A stretch of DNA of 64,000 bases from an uncultured Alistipes sp. GTDB lineage: Bacteria > Bacteroidota > Bacteroidia > Bacteroidales > Rikenellaceae. The DNA is taken from NCBI GenBank assembly GCA_964530735.1, contig CAZGYX010000007.1, positions 998 to 64,997 on the forward strand, in the 5' to 3' direction. The notes under the pieces are model-generated. The model saw nothing but the letters and a program-made list of their open reading frames with translations. It was not told the origin of the DNA and ran no database searches. Positions 10,168-19,272 of this stretch are shown here, piece after piece. How positions within the stretch are numbered: position 1 is the stretch's first letter; the number at the start of each line of letters is the position of its first letter. Both the position numbers and the translations under genes were made by a program.

Positions 10168-11117
10168 CGCGACGGCGAAGTGCCTGTATGTTGCTTAAAA
10201 TACTTCCCGAAAAAGGACTGGGTCGAGAAATTGAGCCGTTCGGCGATTTCGCGGATGCTCAAACCGGAGTATTTCAGCAGCGTTTTCGCTTCCAGCACGA
10301 CCGATTCGTCGATCCAGCGGGCGGCCGTCTTGCCGCTCACCTCCTTGACCACCGTCGACAGGTATTTCGGCGTGATGTTGAGCCGTTCGGCATAGAATCC
10401 CACGTTGCGTTCGCGTTTGTTGTGCTGTTGCAGCAGCGACATGAACTCGTCGAACAGCACCTCGCTGCGGCCCGGTTTGACCGGCGCCTCCTGCTGGTCG
10501 CGCAGGTTGAGTTCCGCCATGATGTAGAACGCCGTCGTGAAGAGCGAGCGGATGATTTCGTTGCGATAACGTTCCTTGTCGCTCCGGAGCAGCATTTTTA
10601 TTAACTGGAAGACGTGGCGGATTTCGTCCACGTCCTGCGGCGTCACCGCGATGACGGGCGCTTTGCCGAAACGCATGAAAACGGGCAGCGACGTCGCCAG
10701 ATCGAGCTGGATGCCGTCGATGAACGCCTGCGAGAAGGCCACGAAATAGGCCGTCGCGTCGGCCGAACACTTCACCATGCGGACGATGCTCGCCGGGCTG
10801 CACACGACGATGTGGTTCGGCCGCACCGTGTGGTTCTTCATGTCGATCGAAATCGTCGCCTCGCCCGTCATCACGACAATCGCCAGAAACCCGTCGACCG
10901 TCGCCGGATAGTCGGCCACGGTGCGGTTGGCCGCGTCGAGCGCCGCAATCACCAAATCGTCCGAAAGATAGAATACGTCGTCCATCTCCCGCTTGATGCG
11001 CGAAATGGAAACCTTGTGCAGACCCCCGTGGCGCGGAACCGTCGAAATTCGCCCTCCGGTTTCGCGCCCCGCCGGTCCGCCCGAGTGCGATTGCCCCCGC
11101 GATGCGTTCTCCGCCAT
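10149..11117 (-). CDS. AraC-family transcriptional regulator
   Basis: FYAERLNITPKYLS..VK..SGKTA; LSIREIAERLNFSTQSFFGKYFKQHTG.SP. Confidence 0.93.
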   Translation of the reverse strand: MAENASRGQSHSGGPAGRETGGRISTVPRHGGLHKVSISRIKREMDDVFYLSDDLVIAALDAANRTVADYPATVDGFLAIVVMTGEATISIDMKNHTVRPNHIVVCSPASIVRMVKCSADATAYFVAFSQAFIDGIQLDLATSLPVFMRFGKAPVIAVTPQDVDEIRHVFQLIKMLLRSDKERYRNEIIRSLFTTAFYIMAELNLRDQQEAPVKPGRSEVLFDEFMSLLQQHNKRERNVGFYAERLNITPKYLSTVVKEVSGKTAARWIDESVVLEAKTLLKYSGLSIREIAERLNFSTQSFFGKYFKQHTGTSPSRYKRRG

Positions 11118-11139
11118 GCCGTTGCCTTTATTCACCCCG

Positions 11140-11221
11140 CAAAGATACGAATAAGGTGAGAGCAAACCAAAACTTGTTTTGAGTTTGCCGAACCGGAGTA
11201 TCTAAGACGAAGTCAAAGGTA
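11140..11221. repeat. 74-bp hairpin element bounded by CAAAGRTA direct repeats (REP/MITE-like)
   Basis: CAAAGATA at 11140 and CAAAGGTA at 11214; nested stems AGATAC/GTATCT and GCAAAC-CAAAAC/GTTTTG-A-GTTTGC. Confidence 0.55.
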
Positions 11222-11288
11222 ACGAAAACAGACGGTTTTTCCAATCCGGTTTTTTTTTCTACATTTGCGCATTCGATATCTTCCGCGC

Positions 11289-12350
11289 ATGTATCGCCGC
11301 ATCATACAACCGCTGTTGTTCGCGCTGCCTATCGAGGAGGCCCACCGGCTCGTCCTGCTCGCGCTGCGAATCATCGGCATGATTCCCGGAGGACGCTGGC
11401 TGCTCGGCAAATGTTTCGCCGTCCGCCACCCCTCGCTCGAACGCGAAGTGTTCGGCCGGCGCTTCGCCAATCCCGTCGGAATGGCCGCCGGGTTCGACCC
11501 CAACGGCGAGGTGTGCCGCGAACTGGGCGCTTCGGGATTCGGATTCGTCGAGGTGGGCACCGTCACGCCCCGTCCGCAGGCGGGCAGCCCGCGTCCCCGC
11601 ATCTTCCGGTTGAAGAAAGACCGCGCGTTCGTCAGCCGCGTCGGCATGGCCAACCGGGGGCTGAAAAAGGCCATCCAGCACCTGCGCCGCCCCCACGAAG
11701 GGCTTATCGTGGGATGCAACATCGGCCACAACGCCGCCACGCCGCTCGACGAGAGCCCGGACGACTACCTGAAACTTTTCCGCAACCTCTACCAATACGT
11801 CGACTATTTCAGCGTGAACCTGTGCTGCGACATCGGCTGCGGGGACGACGAGACGCATGACCGCGACCACATCCTGCAAATCCTCGAACCGTTGTTCGAC
11901 TTCCGGCGCGGCCAGAACCAGTACCGGCCCGTGATGCTCAAAATCTCGGCCGACCTCACCGACGAACAGGTCGACGTCATCACCGACATCCTCATCGACA
12001 CGCCGCTGGACGGCATCGTCGCCACCAACGGCTCGCTCCGGCGCGACGGATTGCAGACCAGCCCCGCATCCCTCGCCAAAATCGGCAGCGGGCGCCTCAC
12101 CGGCCCGACGCTCACCGCCCGGACGATCGAAATCGTGCGGCGCATCCACACCCGTTCGGGCGGCACCTATCCCATTATCGGCGTCGGGGGGATGATGTCG
12201 GTCGGGGACGTGCAGGCGTTGTTCGCCGCCGGAGCCGACCTCGTGCAGCTCTACACCGGTTACATCTACGAAGGGCCGCGGCTCGTACGCGACATCTGCC
12301 GCGCGCTGATTGCCGACCGCACAGAGGCCGGAAATGCGCTCGGCGAATAA
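11289..12350 (+). CDS. Class 2 dihydroorotate dehydrogenase-like flavoprotein with divergent active site
   Basis: NPVGMAAGFD, EVGTVTPRPQ.G.PRPRIFRL, IIGVGG, QLYTG; orotate-binding residues substituted. Confidence 0.85.
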   Translation: MYRRIIQPLLFALPIEEAHRLVLLALRIIGMIPGGRWLLGKCFAVRHPSLEREVFGRRFANPVGMAAGFDPNGEVCRELGASGFGFVEVGTVTPRPQAGSPRPRIFRLKKDRAFVSRVGMANRGLKKAIQHLRRPHEGLIVGCNIGHNAATPLDESPDDYLKLFRNLYQYVDYFSVNLCCDIGCGDDETHDRDHILQILEPLFDFRRGQNQYRPVMLKISADLTDEQVDVITDILIDTPLDGIVATNGSLRRDGLQTSPASLAKIGSGRLTGPTLTARTIEIVRRIHTRSGGTYPIIGVGGMMSVGDVQALFAAGADLVQLYTGYIYEGPRLVRDICRALIADRTEAGNALGE

Positions 12351-12479
12351 AAAAGAAATTCAGTAAGAGCGCTTCCGACCGTCGGAAACCCGCCGACCGC
12401 ACGGAGGCCGGGAATGCGCTCGGCGAATAAAAAAGAAATTCACCGAGAGCGCTTCCGACCGTCGGAAACCCGCCGACCG
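12312..12479 (+). repeat. Tandem duplication, 80-bp unit x about 2.1
   Basis: Units start at 12312, 12392 and 12472 with few mismatches; each contains the palindrome TTCCGAC-C-GTCGGAA. Confidence 0.95.
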
Positions 12480-12499
12480 TCCGTAGCGCTAATAAAAGT

Positions 12500-13741
12500 A
12501 TGCAAGCCACCATTCTCACCATCGGCGACGAGCTCCTGATCGGACAAATCGTCGACACGAACAGCGTTTCCATTGCCCGCCAGTTGAATGCGGCCGGCAT
12601 CGTCGTCCGCGAAAAACGCACCGTCGGCGACGACCGCGACCGAATCGCGGAGGCCGTCGAACGGGCCCTGCGCGACACCGACGCGGTCATCATCACGGGC
12701 GGGCTGGGCCCCACGAAGGACGATATTACGAAAAAGACGCTCGCCGAATTGTTCGGCTGCGGGATGCGTTACGACACGACCGTCGCGGCGCACGTCGAGC
12801 GGATGCTCACCGCGCGCGGCATCGCGTTCAACGAGTTGAACCGCAGTCAGGCGCTCGTTCCCGAAGCCTGCACGGTGCTTTTCAACGCGCACGGCACGGC
12901 ACCGGGCATGTGGTTCGAGCGCGACGGCAAGGTGGCGGTGTCGCTGCCCGGCGTGCCTTACGAAATGGAGCACCTCATGCAGGACGAGGTGATGCCGCGC
13001 CTCAAAGCGCGGTTCGCCCTAAAACAAATCGTGCACCGGACGCTCATCACGGCGGGACTGGCCGAGTCGATGCTCGCCGAGCGCATCGCGGCATGGGAAG
13101 ACGCCCTGCCCGAATATCTGAAACTGGCCTACCTGCCCAATCCCGGTGCCGTGAGGCTTCGGCTGTCGGCTTACGAGGTCGACGGTAGGCAGGTCGGGCA
13201 GGAAATCGAGGAGCGGTTCGCCGAATTGCAGCGGTTGATTCCGCAGTATGTCGTGGGATACGAAACGGCGACCGTGCAGGAACTGGTGCACCGCATGCTC
13301 ATCGAACGGCACGCGACCCTCGCCACGGCCGAGAGCTGCACGGGCGGCACGATCGCTTCGCGTTTCACAGCGCAGGCCGGGGCTTCGGCCTATTTCCTCT
13401 GCGGGGTCGTGTCGTACAGCAACGAAGCCAAGCACACGGTCTTGGGCGTCGATGCCGGCCTCATCGAACGCTACGGTGCGGTCAGCGAGCAGGTCGCACG
13501 GCAAATGGCCGAAGGAGTCCGCCGCATTTCGGGTGCGGATTATGCGGTCGCCACGACCGGCATCGCCGGCCCGACGGGCGGTTCGCCCGAAAAACCGGTC
13601 GGCACGGTCTGGTTCGCCGTCGCCACGCCGTCGCATACCGTCGCCGTCTGCAAACAGTGCGGCACCGACCGCGGCCAAATCATCGACCGCGCTTCGGCCT
13701 TCGCCGTCGGGCTGTTGCGCGATGCGCTGACCGAAAAATAA
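12500..13741 (+). CDS. cinA: CinA family protein (MoCF-like domain plus NMN deamidase PncC domain)
   Basis: IGDELLIGQIVDTN, TGGLGPTKDDIT, TAESCTGG, TTGIAGPTGG..KPVGTV. Confidence 0.95.
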   Translation: MQATILTIGDELLIGQIVDTNSVSIARQLNAAGIVVREKRTVGDDRDRIAEAVERALRDTDAVIITGGLGPTKDDITKKTLAELFGCGMRYDTTVAAHVERMLTARGIAFNELNRSQALVPEACTVLFNAHGTAPGMWFERDGKVAVSLPGVPYEMEHLMQDEVMPRLKARFALKQIVHRTLITAGLAESMLAERIAAWEDALPEYLKLAYLPNPGAVRLRLSAYEVDGRQVGQEIEERFAELQRLIPQYVVGYETATVQELVHRMLIERHATLATAESCTGGTIASRFTAQAGASAYFLCGVVSYSNEAKHTVLGVDAGLIERYGAVSEQVARQMAEGVRRISGADYAVATTGIAGPTGGSPEKPVGTVWFAVATPSHTVAVCKQCGTDRGQIIDRASAFAVGLLRDALTEK

Positions 13742-13745
13742 TCTT

Positions 13746-14522
13746 TTATGCTACGGAGCAGGCGATGCCGAGCGCTTCGACGCGGGCGGCGATGCGCTGC
13801 AACTCCTCGCGCGGCACCTTTTCGAGCGTCCGACAGGGCGTATCGCGGTCGAGCGAGTAGACCATGACCTGACGCGGCCGGATCTCGCCGACCAAAGCCA
13901 GCCATGCCGAAACTTCCTCGTCGGTCGTGTTGTCGACGACCGCACCGCCGCACATCCCGCGCAGAAACATCGTCTGCAAAATCATCCGTCCGTCGAACCG
14001 GCGCATCTGTTCGACCACCCCGCGCACGGTGTAGGCGGGGTTCTGCGGCCGGTTCAGCAGCCGCACCGTCGCATCGAACGCCGAATCGAGTTTCAGAATC
14101 GGGTTGTCGACCCGCAGCAACGCCCGCCGGACGCTTTCGTCGCCCAGCCGCGTGGCGTTGGTCAGGACCGAAACTTTCGCGGACGGTGCCAGTTCGTCGC
14201 GCAGGGCGAGCGTGTCGTCGATAACGGCCTCGAAATCGGGATGCAGGGTCGGTTCGCCGTTGCCCGCGAAGGTGATGACATCGGGCGGCGTTCCGGCGGC
14301 CGTCATGCGCCGCAGGGTCTCGCCGAGCAACCTGCGGACATCCTCGCGCCGGTTGAACCGGCGCCCGTCGGTCGGGTGGTCGGCATTCCAGCCGCATTCG
14401 CAATAGATGCAGTCGAACGAACAGAGTTTCGACGCGACGGGCAACAGATTGACCCCCAGTGAGAGCCCCAGCCGCCGCGACTGCACGGGGCCGAAGATGA
14501 TATTTTCAAACAGTGCGGTCAT
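13746..14522 (-). CDS. Radical SAM protein (TYW1-C-like)
   Basis: FGPVQSRRLG.SLG.N; CSFDCIYC motif; GNGEPTLHP. Confidence 0.9.
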   Translation of the reverse strand: MTALFENIIFGPVQSRRLGLSLGVNLLPVASKLCSFDCIYCECGWNADHPTDGRRFNRREDVRRLLGETLRRMTAAGTPPDVITFAGNGEPTLHPDFEAVIDDTLALRDELAPSAKVSVLTNATRLGDESVRRALLRVDNPILKLDSAFDATVRLLNRPQNPAYTVRGVVEQMRRFDGRMILQTMFLRGMCGGAVVDNTTDEEVSAWLALVGEIRPRQVMVYSLDRDTPCRTLEKVPREELQRIAARVEALGIACSVA

Positions 14523-14532
14523 ACGCTTTTCG

Positions 14533-16785
14533 CTATTTCATTTCGAGGTACACCACCGCCCCCGACCGGACGGATCCGCCCGCCGGAATGCTTTGGCGCG
14601 TCACGGTTCCGGCGCCCGTGAAGCGGACGCGCAGGCCGCGGCTTTCGAGCAGGAACAGGGCGTCTTTCAACCCCATGCCGCACACGTCGGGCATCCGATT
14701 CAAGTCGGCCGGGATGCTATGTATCGTCACGGAAGAACGGGCATCCACCTGCGCGCGGCCCCACCCCTTGCGGGCGTCGGATTGCGCGTCGGGCGACAAC
14801 TCGCCGGCCACCTCGCGCATGCGGGCGATGTCGCCCCCCTTGATGCGCTGCGGATAGTACGTCGGCCCTTTGTCCCGCCGCGGACGGATTTGCCCGCGAT
14901 TGTGGATGAATTCGACCATGCGGCTCACGACCGGCCCCGCCAACGGCCCGCCGTAGTAGGTCTTGCCGGGCTGCACCTGCGTTTCGATTGCGGTCAGCAC
15001 CGTGTAGCGCGGGGCATCGGCCGGGAAAAACGCCACCATCGAACCCAGATAACGGTCGCTGTACCGGCTTTCGGTGATTTGGGCCGTGCCGGTCTTGGCC
15101 GCCACGCGCAGGCGGGTCGTGTCGCCGAAAAACGCGCTCGCCGTGCCTTCGGTGCAAACCGCTTGCAGGCAGCGGCGCACCTCGTGCAGCGCCTCTTTCG
15201 AGCAGACGGACTGCGCGATAACGCGCGGCTCGAAACGCTCCTGCTCCTTGCCGTTGCGTTGCAGGCTGCGCACCAAGAGCGGCGCGACCATGCGGCCGTC
15301 GTTCGCAATGGCGTTGTAGAACGTCAGTATCTGGATCGGCGTCATCCGCACGCGGTACCCGTAGGCCATTTTCACCAGCATGACGCCCGGGTCGGGCACT
15401 TTCCAGTCGGTCGTGATTTCGGGCGGACGCTCGCCCAGCCGTTCCAGCCCGACCGTCCCGCCGAGGTGCAGCACCTTGTGCAGGTAGTCGCTGTACTGCT
15501 GTTTGCGCCCCGTCGCGCCGTAACAATCCCACACGGCTTTGGCGAAATAGACGTTCGACGACATGGCCACCGCCCGCCGGAAGTCGATGACGCGGTCGCC
15601 GGTGTGGTCGTCGCGGATGTTCTCGGCATGGCCCACCGTCACGGGCTTGCCGTCGTAAGTGTCGTAGGTCGTGGCCGGCGAAAAGTGCGCGTCGTCGAGC
15701 AGGGCCAGCATCGTGGCCAGCTTGAAGGTCGAACCGGGTTCCATGCTGCGGCTCAACGCATAGTTTTCGCGTTCGGAGTAGCTCCCGTCGGCATTGCGGC
15801 CGAGATTGGCCATCGCCAGTATTTCGCCCGTCCCCACCTCCATGACGAGGGTCGTGCCCCACACGGCGTTCTGCGCCGTCAGCTGGGTGCGCAGGGCCTT
15901 GTCGGCCACGTCCTGCAAATCGGGTTCGAGCGTCGTCACGACGTCGCAGCCGTCCACCGGCTCCTGATAATCCGGCCCCGGCACCCGCCCCGAAAACCGG
16001 CGGGCGATGCGCTGGCGCAGTGCCTGCCCGTCCACACCGGCAAGCTCCTCGCGGTAGGCCTCCTCGATGCCGTAATTGCCCCGGTCGCCCGTCAGGCCGA
16101 CCGTGCGGCGCGCCAGTTCGCCCTGCGGATAGATGCGCTGGTCGTACTCTTCGAGCCGGTAGACCACGCCCATGTTCCAGTTGAGCAGCGGATAGGTGCG
16201 CAGCGTCTCCCACTCGCCGTAGTCGATTTCGCGCGGCAGGATGTAAACCGGCGTGCGGTCGCGCAGCGTATCGTAGGCGGTGTGTTTCTCGAATTCGCGG
16301 CCCTTCATCCGGTCGAACATACGACCGAACCACCCGTCGGAACGGGCGACCAGCGTGTCGCGCGGCCGGACGAGCCGGTAATGCGAGGCATGCTGCCGGC
16401 GGAAAAAACGGGCGTACTCGGCCGCCGAACGGTCGCGGAAGAATGCCGAGAGCAGTTTGGCGAGCGAATCGGCCTGCTCGTTGAACGTGTCGAGCGAGTC
16501 GAGCCCCTCCGAACCGAAATCGAACGCCACCCGATAGCGGAAAATCGACGTAGCGAACGGTTCGCCGTTGCGGGCCAGAATGCTGCCCCTCCTCGCCTTG
16601 ATCGCCTCCTGAATAAAAATGCGGGAGTGGACGCGGTCGGCGTTGTCGGCCACCTCGCGGCTGATGAACTGCACCCAGACGAGCCGCCCGAACACGACGA
16701 CCCCCGCGAGGATGAACAGCACGTACAATCCCCGGACACGCAGCAGGATGTCCCGTTTGATGGGCGATGAATCGTCGGGTCTCAT
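14533..16785 (-). CDS. ftsI: Class B penicillin-binding protein with C-terminal PASTA domain (FtsI)
   Basis: N-terminal TM, RGSILARNG, EPGSTFK (SxxK), SSN, KTGTAQ, MPDVCGMGLKDA; follows rsmH-ftsL. Confidence 0.9.
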   Translation of the reverse strand: MRPDDSSPIKRDILLRVRGLYVLFILAGVVVFGRLVWVQFISREVADNADRVHSRIFIQEAIKARRGSILARNGEPFATSIFRYRVAFDFGSEGLDSLDTFNEQADSLAKLLSAFFRDRSAAEYARFFRRQHASHYRLVRPRDTLVARSDGWFGRMFDRMKGREFEKHTAYDTLRDRTPVYILPREIDYGEWETLRTYPLLNWNMGVVYRLEEYDQRIYPQGELARRTVGLTGDRGNYGIEEAYREELAGVDGQALRQRIARRFSGRVPGPDYQEPVDGCDVVTTLEPDLQDVADKALRTQLTAQNAVWGTTLVMEVGTGEILAMANLGRNADGSYSERENYALSRSMEPGSTFKLATMLALLDDAHFSPATTYDTYDGKPVTVGHAENIRDDHTGDRVIDFRRAVAMSSNVYFAKAVWDCYGATGRKQQYSDYLHKVLHLGGTVGLERLGERPPEITTDWKVPDPGVMLVKMAYGYRVRMTPIQILTFYNAIANDGRMVAPLLVRSLQRNGKEQERFEPRVIAQSVCSKEALHEVRRCLQAVCTEGTASAFFGDTTRLRVAAKTGTAQITESRYSDRYLGSMVAFFPADAPRYTVLTAIETQVQPGKTYYGGPLAGPVVSRMVEFIHNRGQIRPRRDKGPTYYPQRIKGGDIARMREVAGELSPDAQSDARKGWGRAQVDARSSVTIHSIPADLNRMPDVCGMGLKDALFLLESRGLRVRFTGAGTVTRQSIPAGGSVRSGAVVYLEMK

Positions 16786-16791
16786 GGCAGG

Positions 16792-17322
16792 TCAATCGTC
16801 GATGAGTTCGCTCGGGGCGACGGGGTCGCGCAGGTCGATGCCGCGCCGGCGCAGTTCTTCGGTCACGGCCGAGTGGGTCGTACAGCGGAAGCGCCGTTCC
16901 TGCATCCGGATCGACCGCTCGCGCAGCACCTGCACCTCGCGCTCCAAGCGCATGTATTTCATATCGGTGTGCAACGACAGGAAGACCACCGAAATGCTCA
17001 CGAGAAACATCCCCGCAATGGCGAGCAGGTAGGGATAGGACTGCGACACCCCCTCGCGGACGAGAATCGTGCCCGAAAACAGCTGCCAGAAGGTGCTGGC
17101 GTTGCGGCGCTGCTCCTTGCGGCGGGCCTTTTCGCGCAGGGCGTTCTCGGCGGCTTCGCGCTCCTCGTCGGCACGCAGGTCGTCGTCGGCCTCGCCCAGC
17201 TCCATGCGCCGCACCTCGCGGCGGATGCGTCGGGCGAACGCTTCATCTTGCGCTTGCAGGGCCTCCTCTTCGGGGGTCAGCGGGTCGAATTCGTGGTCGT
17301 GCAGCATGATGCGGTTCAACAT
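16792..17322 (-). CDS. ftsL: FtsL-like cell division protein with charged N-terminal extension
   Basis: Single TM plus coiled coil, between rsmH and ftsI; ATG overlaps the rsmH stop (alternative start 17307). Confidence 0.7.
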   Translation of the reverse strand: MLNRIMLHDHEFDPLTPEEEALQAQDEAFARRIRREVRRMELGEADDDLRADEEREAAENALREKARRKEQRRNASTFWQLFSGTILVREGVSQSYPYLLAIAGMFLVSISVVFLSLHTDMKYMRLEREVQVLRERSIRMQERRFRCTTHSAVTEELRRRGIDLRDPVAPSELIDD

Positions 17323-18221
17323 TTTTTGGTTCCGGCCCGCAGCTTGGCCGAACGCGAACGCGGGTTGCGCACGAGTTCGGCGGCATCGGGCACGACGGCC
17401 TTGCGCGTCACGAGGTCGAACGGCACTTCGGCCCGACCGTAAAAATCCTTCGCGACCTCGCCCGCGAAGTTGCCGCTGCGCAGAAAATTCTTCACCAGCC
17501 GGTCTTCGAGCGAATGGTACGAGATGACGACCAGCCGTCCGCCGGGCCGCAGCACTTTCAGGCTCTGTTCCAGTGCCATTTTCAGCGCCTCCATTTCGCC
17601 GTTGACCTCGATGCGCAGCGCCTGAAACAGTTTCGTCAGAAACTTCGGTTCGTCTTTCTTGGGCGTGCAGGGTTTTATTGAATCAACCAATTCCGCCGTA
17701 GTCCGTATCGGGGCTTTTTCCCGCGCCCGCACCAAGCAGTTGGCCACCTTCCACGACGTGTCCAGTTCGCCCCAGTCGCGCAGGATGCGGGTCAGCTCCT
17801 CCGCTGAAGCGCCGTTCACGATGTCCGCCGCCGTGCGCGCTCCGCGCCGGTTCATCCGCATGTCGAGCGGCGCATCGCCCCGGAACGAGAACCCGCGCTC
17901 CACCGCATCGAAATGGTGCGACGAAACCCCCAGATCGGCCAGAATGCCGTCGACCTGCGTCACGCCCCGCAACCGCAGGGCGCCCCGCAGAAAGCGGAAA
18001 TTGCTCTCGACGTAACGGAACCGCGGGTCATCGGGGCAGTTGGCGCGCGTGTCGCTGTCCTGATCGAACCCGTACAGCCGTCCGTCGGGGCCCAACAGCT
18101 CCAAGATGCGGCGCGAATGGCCGCCCCCGCCGAACGTGAGGTCGACGTAGGTGCCGTCGGGGCGGATATCCAACAAACCGACGGAGGATTCCAGCAATAC
18201 GGGGACGTGATATTGCGGCAT
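17316..18221 (-). CDS. rsmH: 16S rRNA m4C1402 methyltransferase
   Basis: HVPVLL, DLTFGGGGHS, DLGVSSHH, FQALRIEVN, SYHSLEDR, NPRSRSAKLR. Confidence 0.97.
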   Translation of the reverse strand: MPQYHVPVLLESSVGLLDIRPDGTYVDLTFGGGGHSRRILELLGPDGRLYGFDQDSDTRANCPDDPRFRYVESNFRFLRGALRLRGVTQVDGILADLGVSSHHFDAVERGFSFRGDAPLDMRMNRRGARTAADIVNGASAEELTRILRDWGELDTSWKVANCLVRAREKAPIRTTAELVDSIKPCTPKKDEPKFLTKLFQALRIEVNGEMEALKMALEQSLKVLRPGGRLVVISYHSLEDRLVKNFLRSGNFAGEVAKDFYGRAEVPFDLVTRKAVVPDAAELVRNPRSRSAKLRAGTKKC

Positions 18222-18374
18222 GGCGGCAGAATTTGTCTCTACGAGGTCAAAGGTAGCGTTTTTTATTCAATTCGCAGGGTCTCGGCCGCAAATCCCGATT
18301 TTTTTCGGCCGATGATGCGTCATTCTGCCCGACTTGCATTATCTTTGCGATACTTACCAACACCCTCCCGTACT

Positions 18375-19253
18375 ATGGAATACGCCAACCGTCTGAACGA
18401 ATACGCTCCGGCTTGGAGCGCGGAACAGGTGGATGCCGAAGTCGCCCGCCTGCGCGAAGCGGCCCGCCGCAACCACACCGCCGAGGTCTACAAATTCTGC
18501 TACTCGACCATCGACCTCACTACCTTGTCGTGCAACGACTCCGCGGCTTCGGTCACGGCGTTCGCCCGCAAGGCGGCCGAATTCTACCACAAATACCCGC
18601 ACATCCCCAACGTCGCCTCGATTTGCGTCTATCCGGCCTTCGTCGAAACGGTCGGGCTGGCGGTCGACGGCACGCCGATGCGCATCACGTCGGTGGCCGG
18701 CGGATTTCCGGCCGCGCAAACCTACTTGGAAGTCAAGGCATTGGAGGTGGCGATGGCCGTCGAGAACGGCGCGGATGAAATCGACATCGTGCTGAACGTG
18801 GGCCGGATGCTGACCGGCGAGTACGACGAAGCGGCCAACGAAGTGGAGGTCATCCGCTCGGAGATGGACGAAGAGCTCGTGCTGAAAGTCATCATCGAAT
18901 CGGGTGCGTTGAAAACGCCCGAGTTGATTCGCAAGGCTTCGCTGCTCTCGATGTTCGCCGGAGCCGATTTCGTCAAGACCTCGACGGGCAAAATCGACGT
19001 CGCGGCGACGCCCGAAGCGGCTCTGGTCATGTGTCAGGCCATCCGCGACTACCACGAAAAAACGGGGCGCAAAATCGGTTTCAAGGCGGCCGGAGGCGTC
19101 CGCACGCCCGAAGACGCGGCGCTGTACTACACCATTGTCGAGGAGACGCTCGGCAAGGAGTGGCTCACGCCGGAGTTGTTCCGCATCGGGGCCTCATCGG
19201 CGGCGAACAACCTGCTGACGGCAATCGAAGGCCGCGAGGTGAAATACTACTAA
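18375..19253 (+). CDS. deoC: Deoxyribose-phosphate aldolase
   Basis: IDLTTL, GADEIDIV, LKVIIE, FVKTSTGK, GFKAAGG, RIGASS. Confidence 0.95.
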   Translation: MEYANRLNEYAPAWSAEQVDAEVARLREAARRNHTAEVYKFCYSTIDLTTLSCNDSAASVTAFARKAAEFYHKYPHIPNVASICVYPAFVETVGLAVDGTPMRITSVAGGFPAAQTYLEVKALEVAMAVENGADEIDIVLNVGRMLTGEYDEAANEVEVIRSEMDEELVLKVIIESGALKTPELIRKASLLSMFAGADFVKTSTGKIDVAATPEAALVMCQAIRDYHEKTGRKIGFKAAGGVRTPEDAALYYTIVEETLGKEWLTPELFRIGASSAANNLLTAIEGREVKYY

Positions 19254-19272
19254 CCGCCGCAATCCGAATCGG

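Noticed and set aside
11250-11258. T9 run in the pyrD-like promoter spacer as a phase-variation tract
   Set aside because: T/A runs of this length are common upstream of Bacteroidota -7 boxes, and nothing here shows variability
12312-12479. Possible CRISPR array
   Set aside because: The whole 80-bp unit repeats with no unique spacers, and there are no cas genes in the window
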